64,000 nt of DNA, taken from a virus (taxonomy: Duplodnaviria; Caudoviricetes). Position numbers and translations under genes: made by a program. The number at the start of each line of letters is the position of its first letter. Within the stretch, counting starts at the first letter, position 1. Below the pieces are notes generated by a model. It saw nothing but the letters and a program-made list of their open reading frames with translations, searched no databases and was not told where the DNA came from. The stretch lies in the IMG/VR virus record IMGVR_UViG_3300021400_000134; one strand, written 5' to 3'. Shown in pieces: positions 1-10,511 of the stretch.

Positions 1-230
1 CAATAACTAAAACACGATGTTTGACCATCTTGTGATACACAACATTCAGAACATTTCATCCAAGAATGTCCTAATGTATTTCCAAATATCCATTTTCCAT
101 GTCTGACTGGCTCTGCTTCAACTGTCGGGATTTCATCGATGTAACTAATTATTCCTTTATAATCGTCCCTTGGTATGTTAAGCAAATTCAAATAATCGAC
201 AAAATCTTTTTTCCATTCAGATATAGTCAT
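1..230 (-). CDS. Zn-ribbon phage hypothetical protein (3' end outside window; not in ORF track)
   Basis: Manual translation MTISEWKKDF...IPTVEAEPVRHGKW...KCSECC; paralogous to 854..1171; ATG overlaps the upstream TGA stop (ATGA). Confidence 0.7.
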   Translation of the reverse strand, partial: MTISEWKKDFVDYLNLLNIPRDDYKGIISYIDEIPTVEAEPVRHGKWIFGNTLGHSWMKCSECCVSQDGQTSCFSY

Positions 231-442
231 TTTTCTTCACCTTTTACCTCAACATATTCATTCAGATGGCACATAATCTTGTCTACTATACCGTGAGCAT
301 GGTTTATTGTTTCCATTGACAAGTCCATATCATCTATGCACTTGTGCATCTCATCAAGAATATACTCCCTCATGAACTCTTTCCATGACGGTGATTCATA
401 AAGGTCTTCGTCATCCCACGAAATAACTACTTTGTGTTTCAT
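227..442 (-). CDS. hypothetical protein
   Basis: ORF with TAATG coupling at the start and ATGA coupling at the stop. Confidence 0.65.
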   Translation of the reverse strand: MKHKVVISWDDEDLYESPSWKEFMREYILDEMHKCIDDMDLSMETINHAHGIVDKIMCHLNEYVEVKGEEK

Positions 443-675
443 TATTCTTTCCTTTCTCCGCTTCCGCAATGCCATTCATCTTTGACTGGTATTTCAACAA
501 GCCAATGGCTCATTTCCATTAATATCTCGCAACAATTATGAAGCGTTTCTCCTTCAAATCTGTGCTTGCAGTCTTTGCACCTTACCAGTTCTTCAATAGG
601 TTCTCCATAAAACGATGTGTATTCCTCAACCGCTGTGATTTTTGTTTTTGGTGCGTGGACTATATACTCTTTCAT
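442..675 (-). CDS. Cys-rich phage hypothetical protein
   Basis: ELVRCKDCKH...C..GERKE motif common in Firmicutes phages; translationally coupled. Confidence 0.7.
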   Translation of the reverse strand: MKEYIVHAPKTKITAVEEYTSFYGEPIEELVRCKDCKHRFEGETLHNCCEILMEMSHWLVEIPVKDEWHCGSGERKE

Positions 676-857
676 TCTTCTTTCCTCACTATGTCATAGT
701 TGCCGAAAACAAGTGCGGATATTATTATTTCTTCTGCTTCCTTAAATTGGTGCGCCATATTTTTATAATCATTGCTCCAATAGGATTCTTTTAGTTTTTG
801 TAATGCTACCTTTATATTATGGTCAATGTCTACCGGAATATATTTATTTTCCTTCAT
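672..857 (-). CDS. hypothetical protein
   Basis: MKENKYIPV start; ATGA overlaps at both ends. Confidence 0.65.
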   Translation of the reverse strand: MKENKYIPVDIDHNIKVALQKLKESYWSNDYKNMAHQFKEAEEIIISALVFGNYDIVRKEE

Positions 858-1171
858 TCTTCTTTCCTTTCTGCATCCATTTTGGCTCCACAATGTGGGC
901 AATAACCTGTTAATACAATTAAGCACATATTATTCATTAAAGCCTCATTTCCACAATCAGAACATCGGTATACCCATTCAATAAATCCACTGGTATCATC
1001 GCCACGATAAATCCCTTGTCTAATCCAATAAGCATGTCTAACTGGTTCTGCATCTATCGTTGGTTGCTGTTTGATTATTTTTTCTGCTTGTAAGCATTCT
1101 CTTACTGTATAATTCTCATTCCGTATATAACTTGCATAATCAATATCATATGCGTTAATTAATCTTATCAT
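854..1171 (-). CDS. Zn-ribbon phage hypothetical protein
   Basis: PTIDAEPVRHAYW...CSDCG...YCPHCGAKMD motif. Confidence 0.75.
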   Translation of the reverse strand: MIRLINAYDIDYASYIRNENYTVRECLQAEKIIKQQPTIDAEPVRHAYWIRQGIYRGDDTSGFIEWVYRCSDCGNEALMNNMCLIVLTGYCPHCGAKMDAERKEE

Positions 1172-1221
1172 TATTTTTCTATTATCTCCATATTTTTTGC
1201 ATCGCAACCAACGTTCTCATA

Positions 1222-1626
1222 TTATTCTTTTTCATGAATTATTTTAACAAATGTCTCTGGAAGCGCAGTTGCCACGCCAACTTTCCCATTCTCAAAAAAA
1301 GGAATCCAAACTTTATTATATGACTCAAATGCTTCTTTTGCTGTAGGCGCAGTTGCGCCAATATGACAATCTAAACATCTTAAAGATATACCATTTTCAC
1401 TAGAAGTCTCAAGTAATGTATTTCCGCACCGAAAGCATTTGAATACTGTTTTTTCTTTTTCTGGAACAAAAGGGCAATGGTCTTTATCACATATACCCCA
1501 GGAATGTCCTTGGGGTATCATATCAGGTTTGCGGCAGGTTTCATAAAACTCATGACTTCCCATTTGGTCGCAACCATATTGCATATATTTGCAAGTCTTT
1601 TGAAACTCTTCAAATGTCATTAACAT
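1222..1626 (-). CDS. Cys-rich protein with Lar-like Zn-ribbon C-terminal part
   Basis: CFRCG...CLDC...TAKEAFESYN pattern. Confidence 0.55.
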   Translation of the reverse strand: MLMTFEEFQKTCKYMQYGCDQMGSHEFYETCRKPDMIPQGHSWGICDKDHCPFVPEKEKTVFKCFRCGNTLLETSSENGISLRCLDCHIGATAPTAKEAFESYNKVWIPFFENGKVGVATALPETFVKIIHEKE

Positions 1627-1830
1627 TTATTCTCTCCCGCTATAGTATTTATCCATTACTCTTAATGCGGTCATTGCATCAACCCCATGCTGTAAGAAAT
1701 CTTCGAATTGCTCTTTAGTAAAGCCATATGCACTACAAAACTCATTTATATCATAATACCTGGCCCCGCATTCACTATATATTGCATATGCGATTTGACC
1801 TTCAATTTGCGTTAAATCGAAACTTATCAT
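1627..1830 (-). CDS. hypothetical protein
   Basis: AAGGAG SD and TGGTATAAT promoter upstream. Confidence 0.6.
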   Translation of the reverse strand: MISFDLTQIEGQIAYAIYSECGARYYDINEFCSAYGFTKEQFEDFLQHGVDAMTALRVMDKYYSGRE

Positions 1831-1915
1831 ATAGTTCTCCTTTTTAGTATTATACCATATTTTTTTATAAAAGAAAAAGGGAGAGGTATGCACCTCTCTC
1901 CCTTCCTTGTATGGA

Positions 1916-2254
1916 CTAGGCTACAGTCCAAGTAGCCTTGACCTTGCCCTTAGTTTCGGTAGCCTTGACGAACTTACCAGAACGGTTCAGGATTGCAGCA
2001 GCCTTCTGAGACGACAGGTTGAACTGAGCCATCACATCAGCGCAGGTAACCGGACCGGCTTCAGCGATGTATTCAGCGACCTTTTCGGCCAGCTCAGCAT
2101 TCTCAATCTGAGTCTTAGTCGGCTTACGCGGACCCTTGGAAGCAGGACGGACAGACTTCAGAGCACGTTCAACCAGGAACTGGAAGTCTTCCTCAGTCAG
2201 AGTTTCGTAGGAAATAGCGTTAACGCGAGCAGCAATAGTCATCTTTTCAGTCAT
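1916..2254 (-). CDS. small winged-helix DNA-binding protein, paralog 1 of 5
   Basis: C-terminal HTH plus wing (VTCADVMAQFNLSSQKAAAILNR...TKGKVKATW); shared AAAGGTAAAAAGGTGATT leader. Confidence 0.7.
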   Translation of the reverse strand: MTEKMTIAARVNAISYETLTEEDFQFLVERALKSVRPASKGPRKPTKTQIENAELAEKVAEYIAEAGPVTCADVMAQFNLSSQKAAAILNRSGKFVKATETKGKVKATWTVA

Positions 2255-2420
2255 GGTTTTAATCACCTTTTTACCTTTCACACTTATATTTTATAATAAT
2301 TTTTTAGGTTTTTCAACCTCTGCGGTTTATGTCAGGAAGGAAGGAAACCTCTCTTAGGACTTTTTACTCCTTTCCTTACCTTACATAATTATTATATTAC
2401 TTTTTTTGAAGTTTTTCAAC

Positions 2421-2798
2421 TTACCGATTTTTTTGCTTTCGGTAAGTTTCCCAGAAGTCAGACCTTATAACGAAGTCATTGAGGTCGGTATCTACATGTC
2501 GGCCACCAGCGAAGAAGCCAGAGTAGATAATGAAGTGAGGAGTAAACCAGTAGGCATAGTTTCTATCCGGTTGAGCCGCATCCCTAAATTCAATCAGGAA
2601 GTAGGCATCCCAGCCACTATGGTCGGAGTAAGGACGGATATCTTTGTCAAGAACCACGACAGAGAACCTATCCTTAAACACGTCTTCCCGCAAACCGCGG
2701 TTTATTTTCCGCACAACGCGATTAATCTTGCGGATTAACTTGCGCTTGCTCCTGACGGTATCCCGTCTAGGCCAATCATACATCATAATTCTTATCAC
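2421..2798 (-). CDS. hypothetical protein
   Basis: 125-aa ORF with its own promoter and SD. Confidence 0.6.
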   Translation of the reverse strand: MIRIMMYDWPRRDTVRSKRKLIRKINRVVRKINRGLREDVFKDRFSVVVLDKDIRPYSDHSGWDAYFLIEFRDAAQPDRNYAYWFTPHFIIYSGFFAGGRHVDTDLNDFVIRSDFWETYRKQKNR

Positions 2799-2849
2799 CT
2801 TTCCTTTCCTTACATATATATAATAACATTTATTTTTGAACTTTTCAAA

Positions 2850-3047
2850 TTACCGTTCGGCAACTTTGAATTTCATTGAATATTCATGGCGATGCTTTTG
2901 GTACCAAACCATGAAATCAGTTTTGCGGTCGGTGAGTTCCCAATCGGTGTAAGCCCGCAAAACCGCATCTCGGCCTGCGTTATACACGTCAGTCAGAACT
3001 CTTTCAACAACCTTGCTCTGAGGTTTTTCAAGCAACACTTTTTTCAC
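2850..3047 (-). CDS. hypothetical protein
   Basis: ORF with AAAGGAAAAGG SD and -10 box upstream. Confidence 0.6.
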   Translation of the reverse strand: MKKVLLEKPQSKVVERVLTDVYNAGRDAVLRAYTDWELTDRKTDFMVWYQKHRHEYSMKFKVAER

Positions 3048-3118
3048 CTTTCCTTTCTTTACATTATTATTATATAATAATTTTTATAAAAAATAAAAAG
3101 GCGATTTTTACATCGCCG

Positions 3119-3801
3119 TTAATTTAACCAAGAGGGGTCGGTTATTTTTTGTATTCTATATTTGGGCCAATGTCCATATAGTTTCTTAGCTTGTTTTGCA
3201 CTTTCTTCCGAAGAAAAGAAAATTGGAGTTTTTTTAGAATTTTCCATTATAGAATAGGGTTGATAAAAACGCCCATCCTCGCAAAGGATTTCTACAGTAT
3301 TTCCATCTAATATGTCAAATGAATATTCAACAATAATGTAGTATTCTTGTTCCATATTAGCTTAAATAACTTTTATCTCGAGTATTGAAATCATCTATAT
3401 CAATTTCTTCGGTAATATTTTCAAGCATCATTAAAAACAAATTAAGAGCATCTTCTCTATCACAGTCATAACTATCAGCAACATCGCATATATGACCGAA
3501 ACATTGAGCCGCATCCATCGCAAATTCACGAATTAGTTTTTTCTGTTTAATAAAGTTAAGCTCGGATAGCTTCGGCGTCTTCGAGCTCTTGGGTGAGTTT
3601 GGCATCAGCCTCCTCTTTTCTCTTCCTAAAGCCTTCTCGCTTTTGCTCTTCTGCGGCTAAGCAATCCGCGCACATAACCTTACCATAGATATTCCTGGTA
3701 ATATTGGTCATGGGTTGCTTGCACCGGGGGCAGGTGGGAATGCGCTCTTTATGCGGATGCTGGGCTTTAAATGTATCAAAATCTATATAACCTTTTGGCA
3801 T
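3119..3801 (-). CDS. three overlapping or coupled small hypothetical genes (3556-3801 Zn-finger, 3357-3605, 3119-3355)
   Basis: ORF track; CPRC...CADC in 3556-3801; AAGGAG SD. Confidence 0.55.
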
Positions 3802-3922
3802 TTGTTTTTCTCCTTATTACTACTTTTATATTATAACAAAAAAATTCCTAAAACCGCAAATGAAAATCTATATTGTATTTTTTATAAAAAAATGTTATAA
3901 TATATATGTAGAAAGGAATAGT

Positions 3923-4905
3923 ATGGAAAAGATAGAAGAAATTGGAATAGGCCTGATGGTATTCGGGATAATATTCCTATTAATAACGGTAGTATTTTGT
4001 ATCGGAAATTGTCTTCTAAAATGGATTATCTACAAACTACGAAAGTGGGAAGTAGATGAAGATATAATAGGATATTTATCTATATTTATTACTTTAACTC
4101 TTATATCTTCTGGTATGGGAGCGATATGTCTTTTAATTTCTCATTGAGGGTGATAGTGATGACGGCATTTGAAACAGCCAAAAGGAAATACAATCAGATT
4201 ATGGAAATAATCGGATATGAGCATTCTACTATTGGAACGGAATGGTCTGAAGGAACTGAAGACTGGAATCTCCGGGATATGGTTGCGGAAGCCGATTATT
4301 ATCTTTCTACTTATTACGAAAGCGGACATTGCAACGAAGAACTGAAAAGGGAAGACCGTAAAACCTGGGTTTCGCAGACGGGGCGTCTTAAAAGATTTAT
4401 TGCCCATTGGGAACCGTTTATTAAAGATATGAAGTGCGCTACTGGACATTGTAGTAAATATGATAACTAGGAGGTGTGTGTATGAACTATGTATTTTATG
4501 CTAAGGTAAAAGGGTGCTGCGGTGGTGATAATTATACGGATGAAATATTCACTGTTGCGAATAACTTTACAGAAGCCGCAAATCAGATTGAGGACAGATA
4601 CGGTACTGATCTGTTAGGATTCAGTCTGTATTGTTTTGATTCAGATGTGATTCATGTTCAGGATATTGAGGAATATTTAAAGGAAGCGAGAGAGACGGTA
4701 GGTTAATATGACGGTTAAAGATTTATTAAATAGTATCATTTTAGATACTCGGTTGGGAGACACGGTATTATTTTACGATATGGATGTTAAAGAGTTTAAA
4801 CAGCTTGAGGGTATTGAACGGATAGGCAATTCCTTATGTTTTAAACTGTCAGACCAGAAGAAAAATGATATGACTTTAAGGGAAGATTTTTTCAAAGACG
4901 CCTAA
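3923..4905 (+). CDS. four small coupled genes (membrane protein 3923-4147, then 4159-4470, 4482-4706, 4708-4905)
   Basis: Divergent TGTTATAAT promoter near 3890; SDs; two hydrophobic segments in the first gene; terminator hairpin near 4897-4920. Confidence 0.55.
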
Positions 4906-5099
4906 AAAGGCGTTTTTTATTTCTTTCATCCTAAAAATCGAAAAAATAAAAACCTAGAAAGACACGAAAAACACGTTGACACGAATTATTATTTATGATA
5001 TAATAATAATATATACGAGCTAGAAGCCCCGAAGGGGATTCTAAGCGAGTTAGCCCAGAAGCCGCAGGCGCACTGGGCGTCTTATTATAGGAGGGAATT

Positions 5100-5336
5100 A
5101 TGGCTTTAAGAGATGATATAAACTACGCTATGATGAGCGAAGTTCAAAGATTCAGAGAAGAATTGCTTACCGAGGAAGAACAACAAGAGATTATTGATGA
5201 TGTAATGGCGTTTTGTATTATAGAAATTAGAAAGTTTTGCGGGGAAGATATTTTTGAAGTAAAAGCGCAAGAACTTAAGGATAAAGGTATTGATAAAGCA
5301 AGACTAAAAGTTAATTTAAATAAGAAGATGAATTAA
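5100..5336 (+). CDS. hypothetical protein
   Basis: TTGACA-N17-TATAAT at 4976-5004, two-hairpin leader at 5020-5080, GGAG SD. Confidence 0.6.
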   Translation: MALRDDINYAMMSEVQRFREELLTEEEQQEIIDDVMAFCIIEIRKFCGEDIFEVKAQELKDKGIDKARLKVNLNKKMN

Positions 5337-5337
5337 T

Positions 5338-5619
5338 ATGAAAAGAGTAGTACAATATAATCGCCAAGGTAAAGCAATTGCGGTATATGATAGCGCCCAG
5401 GAAGCTGCTAAGGCTACTGGTATTGATATAAATAATATAGTTAAAAGTATTATGGGTTGGGGTAATAAATATATTTTTAACACTTATTTTGAATGGGAAG
5501 TTACTAATAAAGAGTTGCGCGAAGCCCGCTTAACCGAACGGAAGCAACGCCAAGCGCAGAAACTAAAGGAATTAGAGAAAAAGTTTCACTTTAATGACAA
5601 AGAAGATAGAGAAATGTAA
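5338..5619 (+). CDS. NUMOD1-like DNA-binding domain protein
   Basis: KRVVQYNRQGKAIAVYDSAQEAAKATGI matches the NUMOD1 pattern. Confidence 0.65.
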   Translation: MKRVVQYNRQGKAIAVYDSAQEAAKATGIDINNIVKSIMGWGNKYIFNTYFEWEVTNKELREARLTERKQRQAQKLKELEKKFHFNDKEDREM

Positions 5620-5782
5620 CTGCATTAGAAGTTGGCCAAGGCTGCAAATCCGCAAAGGCAGATATAGAGTAGTATGCGCTTATTGTGGAAGGCAAACCGC
5701 TTATGGTAAAACTTTAGAAGAAGCCATTCAAAATTGGGATAAAGAAACAGAAGAATTAGTAGCAATATGGGGGAGAAGGTAA
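5594..5782 (+). CDS. Lar-like (restriction-alleviation family) Zn-ribbon protein
   Basis: CNC...YRVVCAYCG...TLEEAIQNWD. Confidence 0.5.
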   Translation: MTKKIEKCNCIRSWPRLQIRKGRYRVVCAYCGRQTAYGKTLEEAIQNWDKETEELVAIWGRR

Positions 5783-5792
5783 AAATAGGTCA

Positions 5793-5906
5793 AACATGGA
5801 AAATCTCTCTTATGGAAAAAGTATTTAATTTAGGAAGTTTTTCCATACTCGATACAATCTATATAGTACTATAAAGGGTTGTATCCAACATGGAAAAAGT
5901 ATTTAA
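5793..5906. repeat. direct repeats ATGGAAAAAGTATTTAA (5812-5828, 5890-5906) plus partial and inverted copies
   Basis: Read directly; immediately upstream of the 5922 gene. Confidence 0.75.
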
Positions 5907-5921
5907 AAGGAGATATTTATT

Positions 5922-6677
5922 ATGCTAGAAATAGGTAAATCATATACCAGTGCTGAGATAGCTAGAGAAGTTTTTAATGTTTCACCTAAAACCTTTTCTA
6001 ATCAACGTGTTAAGTATTTAGAAAAAATGTCAAAATATTATGAGTGAACTGAAGAGAGAAGAAAATTTACTATAACCGGTATTAAAGAAACATATGAAAG
6101 CAATTCAATAGGAAGGGTCTCTAAAGTTCAAATTCAACAGGAAATTAGAGAACCAGTACATGATGTTGTAAATCAAAATAGTTTGCAGACATATACAAGT
6201 ATTGCTAGAACAATGGTTAATACAAATAATCATTTTGTTCGTCGCCATCCTCAGCAAGAAAATACTATGATACGTTATATTCGGGCGGTAATGGAAACAG
6301 ATTATGCGGTTAAAGAATGGGTTTGGGGGGATATAAATCAATTACCAATTCAACCTTTAACCCAAGACCAGCAAGAATATTTAATGGTTTTAATGGGAAA
6401 GAAAGATGGTTTAAGTTTAGACCAGTTAAGTTTTATGATTAAAGCCATGGAAGAGTCTGGTTATATTACTAAAGAAGAAGCCAAGGACTTATTATATGAC
6501 ACTGCGACCAAAGATTATGAAGATGTAATGAATGGGTTTAAGCAGAAATATCATTTTAGACCAAGACTTGTGGCGGATTGGCAAGAAGGCATTGCGTTTG
6601 ATGCGGATATTGTTATTCCTTATGGATTAAAAAATAAAGAGAAATTACTGGAGTATAAGAAAGAAGAGGATAGATAA
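5922..6677 (+). CDS. 251-aa protein with N-terminal HTH-like segment; one in-frame TGA (6045-6047)
   Basis: AAGGAG SD plus ATG at 5922, in frame with the 6183-6677 ORF; only one TGA interrupts (YYE-TGA-TEE). Confidence 0.7.
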
Positions 6678-6800
6678 ATGAATAAAGACTTTAAAGATTT
6701 GAAGATGATAATGGGAATGATACGATGATTGAGATATGGGATAGGAAATTAGTTAGGAAAGGTTTTGAAAATTGGTCTGAAAAAGATGAGGAGAATTAAA

Positions 6801-7254
6801 ATGGAAGAATTTTATAAAGATATGAGTGATTATTTTGCGAAAAATGGAATTAAAAGTATGGATGATTGGGGCTTCGATGAATTGGCTACTTTTGGATGGG
6901 GGCTGGAAGATTGGTTAAGGAAAGAGTTTCCATATCTTACTTATGAGGATGTTTTTGCGATTAGCGATGCGGTAGAAAAAGTAATAGTAGATAGGTATTT
7001 TCGAGATGGAAATAGTTAATTTTGTAAACAAGGTTATATATAAGGGGACTAGAGAAGAGTTTTATGAGGTATATGAATTATGCCATCAGTTGGAACAAAG
7101 GATACCTGGATTTTATGCGCAGGTAGTGGAAATTGATGATCGCTGCTATTTGGAAATTTCGTTTGAAAAAATTGGGGAGTTTTATAGAGTAGAAAGAGAA
7201 TTATCGGAAAGAGTTAAAGATTATTTTGGATCTTATTGGGAGGTAGAAGAATAG
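6801..7254 (+). CDS. two coupled hypothetical genes (6801-7019, 7006-7254)
   Basis: ORF track; GAGGAG SD. Confidence 0.55.
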
Positions 7255-7366
7255 TGGAGATATATATTAAGTTAAAGAGAAAAGAAGATGGAAGCTGGGA
7301 AGGGAAAACAATAATTGATTTGAAAAAATTGCGGTATTTGGAGATAAATAAAAGGTTGGGTTAAGT

Positions 7367-7632
7367 TTTTGGTGTAGGGGTGAACATGTTTTGGTGTAGG
7401 GGTGGTGCCCGATCGGCACGTGCTAAAACCAAATTTAATTCTAAAAACGAATTACTATCGTATTTCGAAAAATTCATTTGAAAATCCGGGGTACCCGCCC
7501 TTAAATCCCCGGCCGCATTAACCCGGGGTATTCTCATTTGAAAACCACCGAGGAACGAAATGAAAACTCATTTGAAAACCGCGAAATGGACCTATAGAAA
7601 ACCGATTTGAAATCCTCTATTGGTTTGAAATA
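7367..7632. repeat. TTTTGGTGTAGGGGTG x2 followed by CATTTGAAAA / TTTGAAA repeats and CCGGGGTA x2
   Basis: Read directly; non-coding. Confidence 0.7.
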
Positions 7633-7677
7633 TATAAAAAATTTTGTTATAATATATATAGTAAGTAAGAAAGAAGG

Positions 7678-8121
7678 TTGGCGAAGATGATAAATAAGTG
7701 CAAAGGAATTGAAGACATGCGCTATTCAATATTGGATATGCTGGATAATGGCATGAGTATTGCCGAGGTTAAGGAAAAATTTAATAAGATTTTAGAAGAG
7801 GAACAATGCCGTAAGGAATTTATTGATACTGTTGCGGCAGCTGTTGAAAAACTTATCAAAACCATGTATTCAGATGTAGCTGACCTATATGATGAAGAGA
7901 CATTCCAGATGTTTGCGGATGCTGATGTTCTTGGGAAAGTGGAGTATGATGCCCAGGAGTTGCGGAAGCTGAAGTCTGCCGGATATGAGAAGGCAGCGCC
8001 TTGGGAAGTCAATGATGACTTTGGCCCTGGTCCCACTCTAAAGGTGACTAAGGCACCTATTAAGTCTACGGCCGCAAAGGATGATGATGATATTCTTAAG
8101 GTGTGGTCAGCGTCCTTGTAA
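7678..8121 (+). CDS. hypothetical protein
   Basis: 147-aa ORF behind a TGTTATAAT promoter. Confidence 0.65.
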   Translation: MAKMINKCKGIEDMRYSILDMLDNGMSIAEVKEKFNKILEEEQCRKEFIDTVAAAVEKLIKTMYSDVADLYDEETFQMFADADVLGKVEYDAQELRKLKSAGYEKAAPWEVNDDFGPGPTLKVTKAPIKSTAAKDDDDILKVWSASL

Positions 8122-8302
8122 AAAATTACGGAAAAGATTTTTTACAAACATCATAAAGAACTGGGAAGAATTAAGTTTATATGCTATCTTGTTTCTCCTG
8201 GTTTTATACAAAGATATTCGAAAGATTCGTGAGAGGCGTACAAACTCATAAATTTTTTTCATATAACCTCCCTTTACACATACACACTTTTTACCTTTAT
8301 AG

Positions 8303-8344
8303 AAAACTGGACTCTGGCTGTACGCCCTGGAGTCCAGTTTTTTT
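8303..8344. terminator. bidirectional terminator-like hairpin
   Basis: AAAACTGGACTC...GAGTCCAGTTTT. Confidence 0.65.
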
Positions 8345-8990
8345 ATTATATAAGGCCATATGCGGTTGCGCCAAGGGGGCAAACTTTGTGAAAATTTTCA
8401 CAAGCGGCCGGCCAGGAGGGAAGGTGCTATTAATAGCGATATGGGGTGGCATATGCGGGATTGTCGTGCCGAACGGTTTAATCGGGTTGCCGCAATTATA
8501 GTAATAACTTTCCACTATTGGAGCAGCATATGCAGAAAAAGTTTCAAATGCCGTTCGGTATAGATATATACCCCATTTTATTATATCATATTTTTTATAA
8601 AAAATCAATAATTATGGCAAAAATTGCGGTTTTTGTGTTATTTTGTGAGAAAAATTGATATTTTTTTTTAAAATTATAGCAAATTTTTGTGATTTTTGTC
8701 AAATTTTTTATAGAAAATTGATGCTTTTTGCGAGAAATTTATAAAAAAATTGGCGTTTTTTTAATATTATACCAAAATTTTTAATAATTTTGCCAGAAAA
8801 ATGCGATTTTTGCAAAAAATTTTTCATAATATGCGATTTTTGGTGCGATTAAAAAAGATTTTTACGGAAAATTTGTGAAAATTTTCACAAACCGTGCCGA
8901 CCGGCCGCCGAACTTTAGGGAAATCCCGCGCGCCATATGCGGCCCCGAGTTGCGAAAAAAAAGTTGCCATATGGCGTGCCGGCCGGAAAA

Positions 8991-9158
8991 CCGACCGTAG
9001 TCGGAGTTAGTCTCAACTAACTGACCGATGGTCAGAGTTAGTTAGCCTAAACTAACTGTTGCGTTTCCAACTAATTTGTGAAAGTTCAAACTTTCACAAA
9101 CTTGACTCCCTGAAAATTTTTCATTTTTTTGAAAACAAATTTGTGAATTTTCTCACAA
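8991..9158. promoter_or_regulatory. tandem array of different palindromic operator-like sites
   Basis: CCGAC-N4-GTCGG, GTTAG-N6-CTAAC x2, CTGACC-N3-GGTCAG, GTTG-N6-CAAC, TTGTGAA-N10-TTCACAA, TTGTGAA-N4-CTCACAA; the first six abut. Confidence 0.7.
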
Positions 9159-9391
9159 TAACGGGAAAAGCAAAAAAATTTTAAAATTTTTGAATTTTTT
9201 TCTTGACTTTTGCGGTGGCGTGTGGTATAATGAAAACGGCCTGGTTCGCTAGTAAGCGGGCCGCCAATTATAGCACGACTGGGGGTGCTTGTCAAGCACT
9301 TTTTTTGACAATTTTTTGCCATTTTCTGTTTAGTATTACTAAACTACCGGCAGTTAGTCAAGCCTAACTCTGGCTCAAAAAAAGAAGGCTT

Positions 9392-9784
9392 CTAGCCCTC
9401 CTTTTTAGCCCTGTGAGCGGTTAATGTCAGCGTGTAGTGCACGCCATTATCACCCACAAAGTCCACCGCACGCTCGGCGTTTACAACGCTCACAGAAGCA
9501 ATTCCAGCAGTGGCGCCAAGCGCATCAGCGACCGCCTTAATGACTGCCTGTTTGAACAAGTCCGCTTTGCGCTCCCTCGGCTTGGCGTTTCCGCTCACCT
9601 TGCGAGTACCTGTATTAGCGAGTTTGCGAGCGTTGCGCATCTGTTCCTTGGTTAAGTCCCAAGGCTTGGCAATTCCGCGGTCGGTATCGCGGTCATCCGC
9701 AATTAACTGTATTGCTTCCTCGCGTGTGCATTTCAGCGTGCGCATGTGATGCTGAATTAACTTTTCATCCAATAGTATCACCAC
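9392..9784 (-). CDS. hypothetical protein, paralog of 12694..13095
   Basis: Shared HM.TLKCTREEAIQLI.DD...LT.EQ...RERK.D..K...Y.LTLT.HRAKK. Confidence 0.75.
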   Translation of the reverse strand: MVILLDEKLIQHHMRTLKCTREEAIQLIADDRDTDRGIAKPWDLTKEQMRNARKLANTGTRKVSGNAKPRERKADLFKQAVIKAVADALGATAGIASVSVVNAERAVDFVGDNGVHYTLTLTAHRAKKEG

Positions 9785-9826
9785 CTTTCACAACGGATGA
9801 GGGAGAAAGGGCTTGCGCCCTTTCCC

Positions 9827-10171
9827 TTAAATCTTGGTGAAATACGCTTTGCCTTTCACCACCTCGCGGGAGACAAGAACATTGTCGCGCATCTTTTTAA
9901 TCAGCGCAGACACTTTCTGCCCACTCGCTTCTGCGAGTTCAGGAACGAGCGCCTGAATCTCACTGACAGTGTAGGACTTTCCGCCCTCCATTGCCTCGTA
10001 AATACGCTCAATCAGTTCAGCGTTTGCCACCTGCTTGGCAGTGGGCTTGGTGGACTTGCGCTCGTTCTTTTTAGCGAGCAGTTCAAGTTCGTGCAGGAGG
10101 AATTCCTTGTCTTCCTCATGAGCGTAGCCGAGAATGCGGTTGAAATAGTCACGTTTCGTCATTTTTTCCAT
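9827..10171 (-). CDS. small winged-helix protein, paralog 2
   Basis: TKRD...HELELLAKKN...KPTAKQVANAEL...SGQKVSALIKKM...VVKGKAYF. Confidence 0.8.
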   Translation of the reverse strand: MEKMTKRDYFNRILGYAHEEDKEFLLHELELLAKKNERKSTKPTAKQVANAELIERIYEAMEGGKSYTVSEIQALVPELAEASGQKVSALIKKMRDNVLVSREVVKGKAYFTKI

Positions 10172-10511
10172 AGTTTAATCACCTTTACCTTTCTGTATAA
10201 ATATTACCATGGTTTTGAAGATAAGTCAAGCACTTTTTTTCATCTGCGGAAGATTTTTTTTGTGCCCTTCCCTTACCTTACAAATACATTATACAGAGTT
10301 GCCTGTACAAAAAACATGCCAACCCCGTGTGAAAAAATTCACAAGCGGCGGTTTAGTACCACTAAACTTTTGGGAGAAAAAAATTGGCAAAAAATTGTCA
10401 CACTTTTCTCTTGACAAATGCTGGCGGGTGTGCTATACTAAAATTTCGGCCCGCTGCACACGTTTGCGGGCCGGCCTGGTTAGTCAAGTATAACTTTCAA
10501 AAAATCGCAAT

